Source: Alphaproteobacteria bacterium | GTDB lineage: Bacteria > Pseudomonadota > Alphaproteobacteria > UBA2966 | Assembly (NCBI GenBank): GCA_964291395.2 | Contig: OZ219856.1 | Span: forward strand, 160,001 to 224,000 | Reading direction: 5' to 3' | DNA: 64,000 nucleotides | Part shown: positions 1 through 10,346 of the stretch, one piece after another | Position numbering within the stretch: the stretch's first letter is position 1 | How the letters are laid out: every line of letters starts with the position of its first letter | Made by a program: the position numbers and the translations under genes | The notes under the pieces: generated by a model | The model's input: only the letters and a program-made list of their open reading frames with translations | Database searches by the model: none | Told to the model about the DNA's origin: nothing

Positions 1-2
1 GC

Positions 3-437
3 AGGTCGTTAGCCGAAACCGTTTCCGACGACACCGATGTCTACATCGTGGATACGCTCGGTGAGCTGGGTCTCATGTATCGTCTGGTTCCGGTGACGTT
101 CATTGGCGGCTCCCTCGTTCCCCACGGGGGTCACAACCTGGCGGAAGCCGCCCGCCTCGATTGCGCCATCGTTTGTGGGCCGCATCTCCACAATTTCGAG
201 GGTATTTCCCGACGCCTCGCCGAGGTCTCGGCCTTGACGACCGTGAACGATCCCGAAAGTCTGGCGACTGAAGTCGGGATGCTGCTGCGGGACCACGAAA
301 TGACGGAAAAGCGCGCCGCGGCCGCCAAGCGCGTTACGCGAGAAGACGCCGCCGCCGGGGAGCGCGTCTTGGCAGACATCGTGGAGACGATTCGACGCGG
401 CTTGCCGCAAGGCTCGGACAAGGCCGGTAATCGATGA
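3..437 (+). CDS. waaA: Kdo transferase, C-terminal part (runs off the window start)
   Basis: DTDVYIVDTLGELGLMY...FIGGSLVPHGGHNLAEAA...GPHLHNF motifs; directly upstream of lpxK. Confidence 0.92.
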   Translation, partial: RSLAETVSDDTDVYIVDTLGELGLMYRLVPVTFIGGSLVPHGGHNLAEAARLDCAIVCGPHLHNFEGISRRLAEVSALTTVNDPESLATEVGMLLRDHEMTEKRAAAAKRVTREDAAAGERVLADIVETIRRGLPQGSDKAGNR

Positions 438-446
438 CCATCGGGG

Positions 447-1493
447 ATGGATCGAACGGTGAAGTCGCCTGAGTTCTGGGAGCGCACGGATTCAATCCTG
501 CCGACGATTCTGGCACCTCTGGGCGGCATCTACGACGCCTGCGCGCGAGCGCGGACCGCCCTGACGTCGCCCCAGAGCGCGCCGGTTCCCGTAGTCTGCG
601 TCGGAAACGCCGTGGTCGGCGGCGCCGGCAAGACGCCCTGTGCGATGGCACTACTCTCGCGTCTGCGCGCTGCGGGCATCGACGCACAAGCGATCAGCCG
701 CGGATACGGCGGGCGCACTACGGGACCGCACCGGGTCGATGCGGGATCCCAGTCGGCGGAGGAGGTGGGGGATGAGCCCCTTCTTCTGGCACGGGTCGCA
801 CCTACCTGGGTGGCCCGCGACAAGGCCGCGGCCGCCCGGGCCGCGGCGGATGACGGTGCGCGGGTGGTCGTGCTCGATGACGGGCTGCAAAATCCAGCCC
901 TGAAGAAGGATCTATCGGTCCTCGTCATCGACTCGTCCGTCGGAATTGGAAACGGCCGCGTCATTCCGGCGGGTCCGCTGCGCGAGCCGCTGACACGGGC
1001 CCTCGATCGGGTTCACGCAGCCATCGTCCTCGACGGCACCGGTGCGGGGGAAACCGGCGGCTGGCCCGAGATGATAGGCCGACTTCATGAAGCGATGCCC
1101 GTCCACTGCGCGAGACTTGTCCCCACCGCAACCGCCTTGTCGTTGCTGGAACGCCCGGTTCTCGCCTTCGCGGGTATCGGACACCCGGCAAAGTTCTTTT
1201 CCTTGCTTCATGGTATGGGCTGCGACCTCGTGGGCACGATTGCATTCCCCGATCATCACCGATACACCCCCGAGGACATCATGGGGGTCGTCGAGGCTGC
1301 GGCTGCCGGTCGGGCGAGGCCGGTCACCACGGCGAAGGACGCCGTGCGGTTGCCGGAGGATGCCCGGGTAATGGTCGACGTCATCGAGGTCATCGTCGAA
1401 TTCCAGGACGAATCCGGTATCGACAGGCTCTTGCAACCCGTCGTGCAGGCAGCGGCCGGCCAAACCGGAGAACCCGGAACGTGTCTTTCCTGA
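447..1493 (+). CDS. lpxK: Tetraacyldisaccharide 4'-kinase
   Basis: VVCVGNAVVGGAGKTP, SRGYGG, VGDEPLLL, LDDGLQ, PAGPLRE and FPDHH motifs. Confidence 0.96.
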   Translation: MDRTVKSPEFWERTDSILPTILAPLGGIYDACARARTALTSPQSAPVPVVCVGNAVVGGAGKTPCAMALLSRLRAAGIDAQAISRGYGGRTTGPHRVDAGSQSAEEVGDEPLLLARVAPTWVARDKAAAARAAADDGARVVVLDDGLQNPALKKDLSVLVIDSSVGIGNGRVIPAGPLREPLTRALDRVHAAIVLDGTGAGETGGWPEMIGRLHEAMPVHCARLVPTATALSLLERPVLAFAGIGHPAKFFSLLHGMGCDLVGTIAFPDHHRYTPEDIMGVVEAAAAGRARPVTTAKDAVRLPEDARVMVDVIEVIVEFQDESGIDRLLQPVVQAAAGQTGEPGTCLS

Positions 1494-2401
1494 CCGCAGA
1501 GGAAATGCGCCGCTGGTCGCGGACCTTCCGCCTGTTACGCAATCTGACGGAGTTCCTGGCGGTGCTGCTGGCGCTCGTGGTCTTCCGCATCCTGCCGACC
1601 GATATGGCGTCCGCTCTGGGAGGCAAGATCGGACGAAGCATCGGGCCGCTACTCCCGGTCTCGAGACGCGCGCGACGGAACCTGACCAGAGCGTTTCCCG
1701 ACAAGTCATCGGGAGAGATCGAGGCGATCGTTTTGGGCATGTGGGAGAACTTCGGCCGCACCGCCGCCGAGTATCCGCACCTTCGGAGGCTCCGATGCTA
1801 CGACAATCCGGCGCGGGTCGAGATCAGAGGCGCGGAGATTCTGGATCGGGTGCGGGACTCCGGCGAACCGCACATCTTCTTCTCAGGACACTTCGCCAAT
1901 CTCGAGCTCGAAGGAACGGCCGTTACCGGGCGTGGCATGCCGCTTACGATCGTCTATCGGGCCGCGAACAACCCGTTCGTCGACTACACGCTCCTGGCGA
2001 TAAGAAAGCACGGAATCGGTGCCGAATTCGTCCCCAAGGGCAAGATAGGGGCTCGGGAATTGATCTCGGCGATTGGGGAAGGCCGCCACGTGGGGCTGCT
2101 CGTCGATCAGAAGATGAACGACGGGATTCCTGTTCCCTTTTTCGGGCGCGAAGCCATGACGGCACCGGCTCTCGCCCAACTCGCCCTGAAGTCAGATCGG
2201 CCGATCGTTCCCTTGCAGATCGAGCGTCTGCAGGGAGCGACGTTTCGGATCACCATTCACCCGCCGTTGACCATGGACCGGACCGGTGATCGGGAGACCG
2301 ATGTGTTCAACCTGATGGTCCGGGTCAACGAGACTCTCGAAACCTGGATTCGACACCGTCCCGAGCAGTGGTTCTGGTTGCACGATCGGTGGAGCGACTG
2401 A
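1481..2401 (+). CDS. lpxL: Lipid A lauroyl/myristoyl acyltransferase (LpxL/HtrB family)
   Basis: GHFANLE, LLVDQK, VPFFG and PEQWFWLHDRW motifs. Confidence 0.88.
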   Translation: MSFLTAEEMRRWSRTFRLLRNLTEFLAVLLALVVFRILPTDMASALGGKIGRSIGPLLPVSRRARRNLTRAFPDKSSGEIEAIVLGMWENFGRTAAEYPHLRRLRCYDNPARVEIRGAEILDRVRDSGEPHIFFSGHFANLELEGTAVTGRGMPLTIVYRAANNPFVDYTLLAIRKHGIGAEFVPKGKIGARELISAIGEGRHVGLLVDQKMNDGIPVPFFGREAMTAPALAQLALKSDRPIVPLQIERLQGATFRITIHPPLTMDRTGDRETDVFNLMVRVNETLETWIRHRPEQWFWLHDRWSD

Positions 2402-2423
2402 AAATCTCCGGCGGTGCTTACGA

Positions 2424-3242
2424 CTACCGCTTCGGCATCTCGGGAACGAGGAGCGCCGGATCCAGCCGCACTTCGAACCAGTTGACGCGCCAATCGAGAT
2501 GCGGCCCCGTGACCCGCCCGGTGGCGCCTACGGTGCCGACGACGTCGCCCTGTCGCACCGGCTGGCCCACGCCAACATCGATGGAATCGAGGTGCGACAA
2601 GACGGTCGTCACTCCAAAGCCGTGATCGATCATCACCGTGCCCCCGGTGAAGTACAGGTCCGCCTCGGCCAGGGCGACGATACCGTCGGCCGGGCTGTGG
2701 ACGGGTGTCCCGGTATCGGCGGCGATGTCGATCCCGTAGTGGGGGCGTCGCGGCTCTCCATTGAGCATCCGGCTGCTGCCGTAAACCCCCGTAATGGTGC
2801 CGATAACAGGCCAGACGAATCCCGTCCGATAGTAGGATTGATCGGTATCCAGTCGCCGGGCGGCAGCGATCCGGGAATTCTCTTGTCGAATACGCGTCAA
2901 GGCTTTCGCGCTCGGGGTCACCATGCGATCGGGCAGGCCATTGATCCGCTGGGTTTCGTATCGCCGTGTTCGCACCTGGAGCGGCATCGCCTCCCGCGAT
3001 CCGTCCGGATAGCGGACATGGAGAGTTGCCTGCGGGGGCGCGTCGCGGCCAAACCCGAAGACGAAACCACCGTCGTCGGCTACCCGCACCGGTCGATCGT
3101 TCAGGCGTATCCCCGTTCCAGGGGGCGCCGATCCAAGGGCGAGACCGCCCTGGATCAGGTTCCCATCGAGCCTGATGCCATTGGCATCGGCGGTGCCGAC
3201 GCAGACCGACAGGATCAGCGCCAGCGCGAGTCGGACTATGAT
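2424..3242 (-). CDS. M23 family metallopeptidase (start uncertain)
   Basis: HYGIDIAA and TGPHLDW motifs; signal-peptide-like VRLALALILSVCVGTADA. Confidence 0.85.
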   Translation of the reverse strand: MIVRLALALILSVCVGTADANGIRLDGNLIQGGLALGSAPPGTGIRLNDRPVRVADDGGFVFGFGRDAPPQATLHVRYPDGSREAMPLQVRTRRYETQRINGLPDRMVTPSAKALTRIRQENSRIAAARRLDTDQSYYRTGFVWPVIGTITGVYGSSRMLNGEPRRPHYGIDIAADTGTPVHSPADGIVALAEADLYFTGGTVMIDHGFGVTTVLSHLDSIDVGVGQPVRQGDVVGTVGATGRVTGPHLDWRVNWFEVRLDPALLVPEMPKR

Positions 3243-3484
3243 CCGGCCTCCCGGTCGGATGCCGCATCCCCAGTCGATGGTTCCCGGCCTCCGGCTTCCG
3301 CGGCCCGTCGGGTGGCGGTCCGCGCGTTCAGGTACGCTTCCTGGCGCTCGAAGCTCCAATAGCGCAGATCCTCGAGCGGAATTCGCTCACCGGTCACGGC
3401 GCAGCGTACATAGGTGCCCGGCATGACGATCTCGAAGTCGCCGGAGCGATAGCGCAATATCGCCTCAGAATCCGATCTCAACAC
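3236..3484 (-). CDS. DUF2093-type small protein
   Basis: GDFEIVMPGTYVRCAVTGERIPLEDLRYWSFERQEAY; usual xseA-M23 context. Confidence 0.8.
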   Translation of the reverse strand: MLRSDSEAILRYRSGDFEIVMPGTYVRCAVTGERIPLEDLRYWSFERQEAYLNARTATRRAAEAGGREPSTGDAASDREAGS

Positions 3485-3498
3485 GCTCTCCGCTTCTC

Positions 3499-4929
3499 CT
3501 ACAGAAGACGTCCCTGTTTGTCGTCCAAGCCAGACTTCGCCGTCGGCCTGCCGTGTCCGGAGGTCCCGCCGGAACCGGTCGCTCCGTCCGCGCTGGCTCC
3601 CACATGACCGTCCACGAACTCGATGTCAAGCACCATGCCCGGCATCACCGCCGCCGCACGGGAGAGAACCGTGTCGTCGCTCCGGACCACGGCGTACCCC
3701 CGATCGAGGACGTTATGGTAGCCGAGGCTGTCCAACAGCCGGCCGAGGGAGTCCCAACGGGTCCGCCGGTCCGCGACATGGCGGGACGCCTCGCGCGCCA
3801 ATTCCCTGGTCAGACGATCCAGGTTGGATCGGGCCTCCGCGGCCAGCCGTTTCACGTGGCGTGCGTCAAGGCGGCGGCGGGCCTCCATCAGCGACCGGCG
3901 CACGTCTTCACGACGCTGACGCCAACCCCGCGTCAGGCGTTCCACGGAGTCGTCGAAGCGCTGGACGGCGAACTGCAGAACGTCCTTCGGACTTCGCAGA
4001 CCCCGGTGCAGCCCTTCCAGATACACCCGATGTTCCCGGAACATCCGATGGACGGCACGGCGGAGGCGTGCCTGCCGATCCTGGACGGAGTCCAGCAACT
4101 CCGCGCGCACGGGCACCGCCATCTCGGCCGCTGCCGTCGGCGTCGGCGCGCGCACGTCCGAGGCAAAATCGATCAGCGTGGTGTCGGTTTCGTGGCCGAC
4201 GGCCGAGATCAGGGGAATGCCGCTGTCCGCCGTGGCCCGGACCACGATTTCCTCGTTGAAGGCCCATAGATCTTCGATGCTGCCGCCGCCGCGCGCCACG
4301 ATCAAAACATCGGGCCGTGGGAGGGGACCATCCTCCGGCGCGTCGTTGAAACCGCGGATCGCCGCCGCGACCTGTTCCGCCGCGCCCTCGCCCTGGACCA
4401 GGACGGGCCACACCAAAACGTGTCGCGGAAAGCGGTCCCGAAGGCGGTGGAGAATATCCCGGATGACGGCACCCGAAGGTGACGTGACCACGCCGATGAC
4501 ATCGGGCAGGAACGGCAGGGGACGCTTGCGATCGCCGTCGAACAGCCCTTCCGCCGTGAGCTTTTTGCGCCGCTCCTCGAGCAGCTTGAGAAGCGCGCCT
4601 TCGCCGGCAAGCTCGATGCTATCGACGACGATCTGATACTTCGACCGCGCCGCGTAGGTCGTGACCCGGCCGGTCGCGACGATCTCGAGACCGTCCTCGG
4701 GCTCGATCGACAGCGATCGCGCCGTACCCCGCCAGCATACCGCGTCGATGACCGCATTCTGGTCCTTGAGACTCATGTAGAGATGGCCGGACGCCGCGCG
4801 CTTGAAGCCCGACACCTCGCCACGCACGCGCACCCGGTCGAAGGTGTCTTCCACCGTTCGCTTCAGCGCGGCGGAGACCTCACTGACCGTGTATTCGGGG
4901 ATGTTGTGGAGACTTGTCTGTTCGCTCAT
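3499..4929 (-). CDS. xseA: Exodeoxyribonuclease VII large subunit
   Basis: [48 protein letters not shown]. Confidence 0.97.
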   Translation of the reverse strand: MSEQTSLHNIPEYTVSEVSAALKRTVEDTFDRVRVRGEVSGFKRAASGHLYMSLKDQNAVIDAVCWRGTARSLSIEPEDGLEIVATGRVTTYAARSKYQIVVDSIELAGEGALLKLLEERRKKLTAEGLFDGDRKRPLPFLPDVIGVVTSPSGAVIRDILHRLRDRFPRHVLVWPVLVQGEGAAEQVAAAIRGFNDAPEDGPLPRPDVLIVARGGGSIEDLWAFNEEIVVRATADSGIPLISAVGHETDTTLIDFASDVRAPTPTAAAEMAVPVRAELLDSVQDRQARLRRAVHRMFREHRVYLEGLHRGLRSPKDVLQFAVQRFDDSVERLTRGWRQRREDVRRSLMEARRRLDARHVKRLAAEARSNLDRLTRELAREASRHVADRRTRWDSLGRLLDSLGYHNVLDRGYAVVRSDDTVLSRAAAVMPGMVLDIEFVDGHVGASADGATGSGGTSGHGRPTAKSGLDDKQGRLL

Positions 4930-5081
4930 CGACGGGATTTCAGTCCGAAACGGATGCAATGCACGGGATCACCGGCCACGCGTTGTCTTCCATGGTCCCT
5001 ATGATACAAGGAGTGGCAACGGCGCGGAACGGCGCGCCTGGAGCGTATCCTCTCGGGAACCCGCGCGCGGAGATTCATGGA

Positions 5082-6356
5082 TTGAATGTACTCGTCGTCG
5101 GTTCGGGCGGTCGCGAGCACGCGCTGTGCTGGTGTATCGGTGCGTCGCCCCTGGTCGATACGCTTTATTGCGCCCCCGGAAACGGAGGAATCGGGGAGAT
5201 CGCGAACCGGATCGATATCGGGCCGACCGACATCGACGGCCTGCTCGGGTTCTGCCGGAGCGAAACGGTCGACTATGTGATCGTCGGCCCCGAGCAGCCT
5301 CTCGTCGACGGGCTGGTCGACCGGCTGACCGAGGCCGGCATCAAGGCATTCGGACCCCGCGCGAGCGCCTCGGCCATCGAGGGCTCCAAGGGATTCACCA
5401 AGGACCTGTGCGCCAAGTACGGCATCCCGACCGCCGCCTTCGGGCGATTTTCGGAGGTTGAACCCGCCAAGGCTTACATCGCGGCGAACGGCGCCCCGAT
5501 CGTGGTCAAGGCGGACGGACTGGCCGCGGGTAAAGGCGTCACGGTGGCACGGTCGGAAGCAGAGGCGGTGGCCGCGGTGGACGAGGCCCTCGGGGGGCGC
5601 TTCGACGGCGCCGGGCATGAAATCGTCATCGAGGAATTTCTCGATGGCGAGGAAGCGAGCTTCTTCGCGCTCGTCGACGGCAGGTCCGCCCTGCCCTTGG
5701 CCTCGGCGCAAGATCACAAGGCGGTGGGCGACGGCGATACCGGTCCCAACACGGGCGGCATGGGTGCCTACTCCCCTGCGCCCGTCGTGACGCCGGAGAT
5801 GCACGACAAGATCATGACGCGCATCATCGAACCGACCGTGTCCGCCATGGCCGCGGAAGGCCGCCCCTACACGGGATTGCTCTACGCGGGCGTCATGATC
5901 GTGGACGGCGAGCCCCTGCTCCTCGAATACAACGCCCGCTTCGGCGACCCGGAATGCCAGGTGCTGATGCCGCGCCTCAAGTCCGATCTGTTCCCCGCGC
6001 TGCTGGCCGCGACGGACGGGGTGCTCGACCAGGTCGACCTGCGATGGCGGGACGACGTCGCCCTCACCGTCGTTCTGGCGACGCGGGGATATCCGGGCGA
6101 ATACGAGAAGGGAAGCGAGATCCGGAACGTGAAGTCGGCCGAGGAACTGCCTGACGTCACGATTTTCCATGCCGGCACCGAAACACGGAACGGGGCCCTG
6201 GTCGCGACGGGCGGGCGGGTCCTCAACGTAACGGCGCTGGGCAAGAGCGTCGCGGAGGCACAGGCTCGCGCATACGAAGCGGTCGACGTGATCGACTGGC
6301 CGCAAGGGTTCTGCCGGCGCGATATCGGGTGGCGCGCGATGACCCGCGGGGTCTAG
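5082..6356 (+). CDS. purD: Phosphoribosylamine-glycine ligase
   Basis: TTG start then [14 protein letters not shown]; [27 protein letters not shown]. Confidence 0.97.
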   Translation: MNVLVVGSGGREHALCWCIGASPLVDTLYCAPGNGGIGEIANRIDIGPTDIDGLLGFCRSETVDYVIVGPEQPLVDGLVDRLTEAGIKAFGPRASASAIEGSKGFTKDLCAKYGIPTAAFGRFSEVEPAKAYIAANGAPIVVKADGLAAGKGVTVARSEAEAVAAVDEALGGRFDGAGHEIVIEEFLDGEEASFFALVDGRSALPLASAQDHKAVGDGDTGPNTGGMGAYSPAPVVTPEMHDKIMTRIIEPTVSAMAAEGRPYTGLLYAGVMIVDGEPLLLEYNARFGDPECQVLMPRLKSDLFPALLAATDGVLDQVDLRWRDDVALTVVLATRGYPGEYEKGSEIRNVKSAEELPDVTIFHAGTETRNGALVATGGRVLNVTALGKSVAEAQARAYEAVDVIDWPQGFCRRDIGWRAMTRGV

Positions 6357-6362
6357 ACCCCG

Positions 6363-7442
6363 ATGCCGACGCGAACGGAGCTCTTTTCGGGTACGGAGAA
6401 CGTACGGGACGGCTACGAATTCGACGTCGCCGGCCTCGAGCGCTTCATGGCGGAGAACGTCGCCGGGTTCGCGGGACCGGTATCGGTCCGTCAATTCAAG
6501 GGCGGTCAATCCAATCCGACGTACCGGATCGACACGAGCGCCGGCTCCTACACCTTGAGACGCAAGCCTCCGGGGAAACTCCTGCCCTCCGCCCACGCAG
6601 TGGATCGGGAGTACACGGTGATTTCCGCTCTGCATGGGACGGGTGTGCCCGTTCCCGAGACCTACGCTCTCTGCGAGGACGAGGCCGTGATCGGCACGCC
6701 GTTCTACGTCATGGAGTTCGTCGAGGGGCGCGTCTTTTGGGAGCCCCGGCTGCCGGGCATGGAACCCGCCGAGCGAGGCGCCGTCTACGACGCCATGAAC
6801 GCGGTGATCGGGCGGCTTCACGCCGTGGACTTCGAGGACGTGGGGCTTTCGGAATTCGGCCGTCCCGGCGGCTTCGTCGGGCGTCAGATCCGGCGCTGGT
6901 CGCGACAGTACCTGGAAAGCGGGGAAGAACCGATCGAGGAACTGGACCGTCTTTGCGAGTGGCTGCCCGAACACCTTCCCGATCGCGACGAGACGACCGT
7001 CGTGCACGGCGACTACCGCATCGACAACATGATCTTCCACGCCACGGAGCCCCGGGTGGCGGCGGTGCTCGATTGGGAACTCTCGACTCTCGGCGACCCG
7101 ATCGGCGACTTCGCCTACCACGTCATGCAGTGGCGTCTGCCCCAGCACGTCTTCCGCGGATTGCGCGGGAGCGAATTCGACGCGCTCGGGATACCCACGG
7201 AAGAGCAGTATGTCGCCGCATATTGTGAACGGACGGGACGCGACGAGATCCCGCACTGGGACTACTACATGGCGTACTGCATGTTCCGGCTGTCGGCGAT
7301 CCTGCACGGCATCCTGGTGCGTGTGCGCCGTGGAACGGCTGCCAGCGCGCACGGCGCCGAAATGGGCGACCTCGCCCGTCCTATCGCCGAGCTCGCCTGG
7401 GAGCAGGTCGAGATGATCGAAGGCCGCGGGCGGGAGATTTAA
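6363..7442 (+). CDS. APH-family phosphotransferase (ACAD10/11 kinase-domain or LvaA-like)
   Basis: QFKGGQSNPTY, LRRKPPGKLLPSAHAVDREY, HGDYRIDN, VLDWELSTLGDP. Confidence 0.9.
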   Translation: MPTRTELFSGTENVRDGYEFDVAGLERFMAENVAGFAGPVSVRQFKGGQSNPTYRIDTSAGSYTLRRKPPGKLLPSAHAVDREYTVISALHGTGVPVPETYALCEDEAVIGTPFYVMEFVEGRVFWEPRLPGMEPAERGAVYDAMNAVIGRLHAVDFEDVGLSEFGRPGGFVGRQIRRWSRQYLESGEEPIEELDRLCEWLPEHLPDRDETTVVHGDYRIDNMIFHATEPRVAAVLDWELSTLGDPIGDFAYHVMQWRLPQHVFRGLRGSEFDALGIPTEEQYVAAYCERTGRDEIPHWDYYMAYCMFRLSAILHGILVRVRRGTAASAHGAEMGDLARPIAELAWEQVEMIEGRGREI

Positions 7443-7550
7443 CTGCCTGTATCGGTGGAGGTGGAGCGGTTCCCGTCGCTCCCGGCGACGGACCTCCGGA
7501 TCCGTCCGCGATTGACATTCGTTTCCCCATGAGGAACTGTATTCGAAACG

Positions 7551-7571
7551 TTGTTCTACAATGTGGGACAA
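7551..7571. promoter_or_regulatory. Imperfect palindrome, putative IclR-family operator
   Basis: TTGTTCTACA-A-TGTGGGACAA (8/10 arm symmetry) upstream of the IclR gene; TTGACA at 7512-7517; related ACAATGT-centred site near 7609-7625. Confidence 0.55.
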
Positions 7572-7576
7572 GGCGA

Positions 7577-7599
7577 GACTAAGCGGGACTAAGCGGGAC
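7577..7599. repeat. 10-bp tandem duplication
   Basis: GACTAAGCGG GACTAAGCGG GAC. Confidence 0.8.
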
Positions 7600-7658
7600 G
7601 ACGGGTGATTCGAACAATGTTGAACCTCGAGCCGTCACGCGCTTTGCGGCCTTGAGCC

Positions 7659-8528
7659 TTGGCGTCAAGTCAGAGTCCGAAAGTCAAGGTCCTTGACCGA
7701 CAGTTCAGCCTGCTGAAGCTGTTCCTATCCGATCACGCCTCGTGGAGCTTGGCTGAACTCGTCAGAGCGTCCGGCCTCCCCAAATCGACGGTTCACCGTC
7801 TGGTTTCGGTTCTGTGTCAACACGAGCTCTTGTGGCAGGACCCGCAGAATGAACGCTACCGCCTGGGAGGATTCGCCGTGCGCGTCGGCCAACATGCGCT
7901 GGCGCAGCGGGACCTTCGTCGCGTCGCCTGGCCGATACTCAACCGCTTGGCGTCCGAGCTTGGTGAAACCGGGATTCTCGCCACGCTGAATGCCGCGCGC
8001 GATCAGGCCGTCTACGTGGAGCAGATCGAATCCCGGCAAGGGGTCCGCCTCGTACCGCAAATCGGCGTTCAACTCCCTCTGCATGCCGGTGGTGTCGCGA
8101 AGGCGATCTTGGCTCACCTCGATGACGAGGAAATCGACCGGCTGCTGTCACGGCCTCTCAAACGCCTGGCGCGCGGAACCAAGACGGATCCCGAGGCTCT
8201 TCGCCAAGAAATTTATGAGATCCGCAAACTCGGATACGCCCTTTCCTTCGAGGAAACATACGACGGAGCGGCGGGCATGGCCGTCCCCGTCTTCGATCAC
8301 AACGGCCGCATACTCGCCAGTATCGGGATGGCAGGACCTATCTCGCGGGTAAGCCCTCCAAAAGGGTGGACCCGTCCGATGCGGGACGCCGCACGCTGCC
8401 TGGAGGCCGCGCTCGGCGGACGAGGAGCGGACATTCCCGCCGCCGGGGCGCCGAGCGAGTTCGTCGAAAGCACCGCACGCGACGCGACCCCAGCGACGAA
8501 GATCCGGGACGTCGAGAACGTTGGTTGA
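7659..8528 (+). CDS. IclR family transcriptional regulator
   Basis: HTH segment LAELVRASGLPKSTVHRL; C-terminal PLHAGGVAKAILA and AVPVFD. Confidence 0.93.
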   Translation: MASSQSPKVKVLDRQFSLLKLFLSDHASWSLAELVRASGLPKSTVHRLVSVLCQHELLWQDPQNERYRLGGFAVRVGQHALAQRDLRRVAWPILNRLASELGETGILATLNAARDQAVYVEQIESRQGVRLVPQIGVQLPLHAGGVAKAILAHLDDEEIDRLLSRPLKRLARGTKTDPEALRQEIYEIRKLGYALSFEETYDGAAGMAVPVFDHNGRILASIGMAGPISRVSPPKGWTRPMRDAARCLEAALGGRGADIPAAGAPSEFVESTARDATPATKIRDVENVG

Positions 8529-9402
8529 CGCGCTTCAGTTCCTCTTCTCGGGCTTGGTGATCGGCAGCATCTACGGCCTGGCCGGTATCGGCTTCACCGG
8601 CATCTACAACGTGACCGGCGTGGTGAATTTCGCCCAGGGCGACAAGGCGATGATCGGCGCCATGCTTGCCATCACCTTCTCGCAAACGGGTCTCCCGCTG
8701 GTCGTCGCCATATTCCTCGCGGTGGGATTGACCGGCGCCATGGCGGTCGTCATCGAGCGCTTCACGATCCGTCCCATCGGCGACGATGTCTGGCGCGGCA
8801 TCATCGTGACCATCGGCGTCGGAATCGTGCTGCGGGGAATCGCCGTCGTCATCTGGGGAACGGAAGCCCGGGGGCTTCCGGCTTTCTCCGGGGAGGAGCC
8901 GATCGGTTTCCTGGGCGCGACCGTATCCCCGCAATCCTTGTGGGTGATGGGCATCACCGCGGTGCTCGCCGTCGGCCTTGCCCTGTTCTTCCAGTTCACC
9001 TTCATCGGCAAGGCGTTCCGCGCTTGCGCGGTGAATCCGTTCGCCTCCCGTATCGTCGGTATCGAGATACGGACCATGAGCCCGATTGCCTTCGCCATCA
9101 GCGGAGCCCTGGGGGCGGTCGCCGGAATCATCATCGCGCCGATTACGTTGATGCAGTACGACACGGGCCTGCTGATAGGCCTGAAGGGATTCGTCGCCTG
9201 CATCATCGGGGGCTTCGGGAACCCCATGGGCGCTCTCTTCGGCGGCTTGATCCTCGGTGTCGCCGAGGCCTTCTCCGCCGGTTATCTGAGCTCGGGTTAC
9301 AAGAACGCCATCGCCTTCGTTCTCCTTCTAGGCTTTCTGATTTTCCGACCCGAAGGCCTGTTCTGGGAAATCGACAGCAAGCTCACGAAGCAGGAACGAT
9401 GA
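8521..9402 (+). CDS. HAAT (Liv-type) ABC transporter permease, LivH-like
   Basis: GSIYGL, VVNFAQG and IIGGFGN motifs; hydrophobic. Confidence 0.92.
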   Translation: MVDALQFLFSGLVIGSIYGLAGIGFTGIYNVTGVVNFAQGDKAMIGAMLAITFSQTGLPLVVAIFLAVGLTGAMAVVIERFTIRPIGDDVWRGIIVTIGVGIVLRGIAVVIWGTEARGLPAFSGEEPIGFLGATVSPQSLWVMGITAVLAVGLALFFQFTFIGKAFRACAVNPFASRIVGIEIRTMSPIAFAISGALGAVAGIIIAPITLMQYDTGLLIGLKGFVACIIGGFGNPMGALFGGLILGVAEAFSAGYLSSGYKNAIAFVLLLGFLIFRPEGLFWEIDSKLTKQER

Positions 9403-10346
9403 AGACGCTGATCGCCCTGATGTGCCTGTTGATCGTCCCCTTCTCGGGCAGCGAATACCTGACGAATCTGCTGATCGTCGTCATGTTGCACGCCCTGCCG
9501 GCGATCGGCGTGTCGCTGCTGATGGGATACACCGGCCAGATTTCCCTCGGGCACGCGGCGTTCTACGGTCTGGGCGCCTATGGCGCCGCGGCATTCAGCG
9601 TGCACATGGGCGTCAATCCATGGATCAGTATCGTGTTCGCCGTGATTCTGGTCGGCGTGATGTCGTCGTATCTGGGGTGGGTGATCTTCAGGCTTCGGGG
9701 CCATTACCTCGCCGTCGCGACCCTCGGATTCGGCTTCATCGTCAACATCGCGTTCGTCGAATTGCGCGACTGGACGGGAGGACCCAACGGCTTGCCGGGC
9801 ATCCCGCCGCTCGAGATCTTGGATCTTTCATTCCATACGGATCAGACGTTCTTCTACATCGCTTGGGTCGCAGTGATCCTCACCGTCGTAATGGCGCAGA
9901 ATCTGGTGAACGCCCCCGTGGGCCTCGTCATGCGGGGTATCGCCGAGAGCGAGCGTGCGGTGAGTTCATTGGGCAACGACGTCACGGGCCTGAAGCGCAA
10001 GATCCTGGTCATCAGCGCCGTTGTCTCGGCGGTGAGCGGCGGCCTCTACGCTCACTATATCGGCTATATCAGCCCACAGCCCTTCGCCATCGACTTCTCC
10101 ATCAAACTGGTCGTCATCATCGCCATCGGCGGATTCCGGAGCATTCCGGGCGTCCTGTTCGCGACTTTGTTCGTCACGGTCATCACGGAGCCACTTCAGG
10201 AACTCGGCTACTACGATGTCGTCGTCTACGGCCTGTTTCTGACCGTCATCATCGCCTACATGCCGCAAGGCCTGCTGCAAGGGGCCTATGGTCTCGGCCG
10301 CCGCTTGCTCCACGATGCCCGGGCATCCGCGGGAGCCGGGCGATGA
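9399..10346 (+). CDS. HAAT ABC transporter permease, LivM-like
   Basis: GYTGQISLGHAAFYGLGAY, LRGHYLAVATLGF, TGGPNG; ATGA overlap with the upstream gene. Confidence 0.92.
   Translation: MKTLIALMCLLIVPFSGSEYLTNLLIVVMLHALPAIGVSLLMGYTGQISLGHAAFYGLGAYGAAAFSVHMGVNPWISIVFAVILVGVMSSYLGWVIFRLRGHYLAVATLGFGFIVNIAFVELRDWTGGPNGLPGIPPLEILDLSFHTDQTFFYIAWVAVILTVVMAQNLVNAPVGLVMRGIAESERAVSSLGNDVTGLKRKILVISAVVSAVSGGLYAHYIGYISPQPFAIDFSIKLVVIIAIGGFRSIPGVLFATLFVTVITEPLQELGYYDVVVYGLFLTVIIAYMPQGLLQGAYGLGRRLLHDARASAGAGR

Noticed and set aside
4926-7571. 881-aa minus-strand ORF, and similar long antisense ORFs (14896-16920, 18894-20915, 41041-42915, 42684-44891, 58613-60595)
   Set aside because: Shadow ORFs opposite well-supported genes, expected in high-GC DNA; no recognisable motifs
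7577-7599. Tandem repeat as a CRISPR or contingency locus
   Set aside because: Only about 2.3 copies of 10 bp, no spacers and no cas genes
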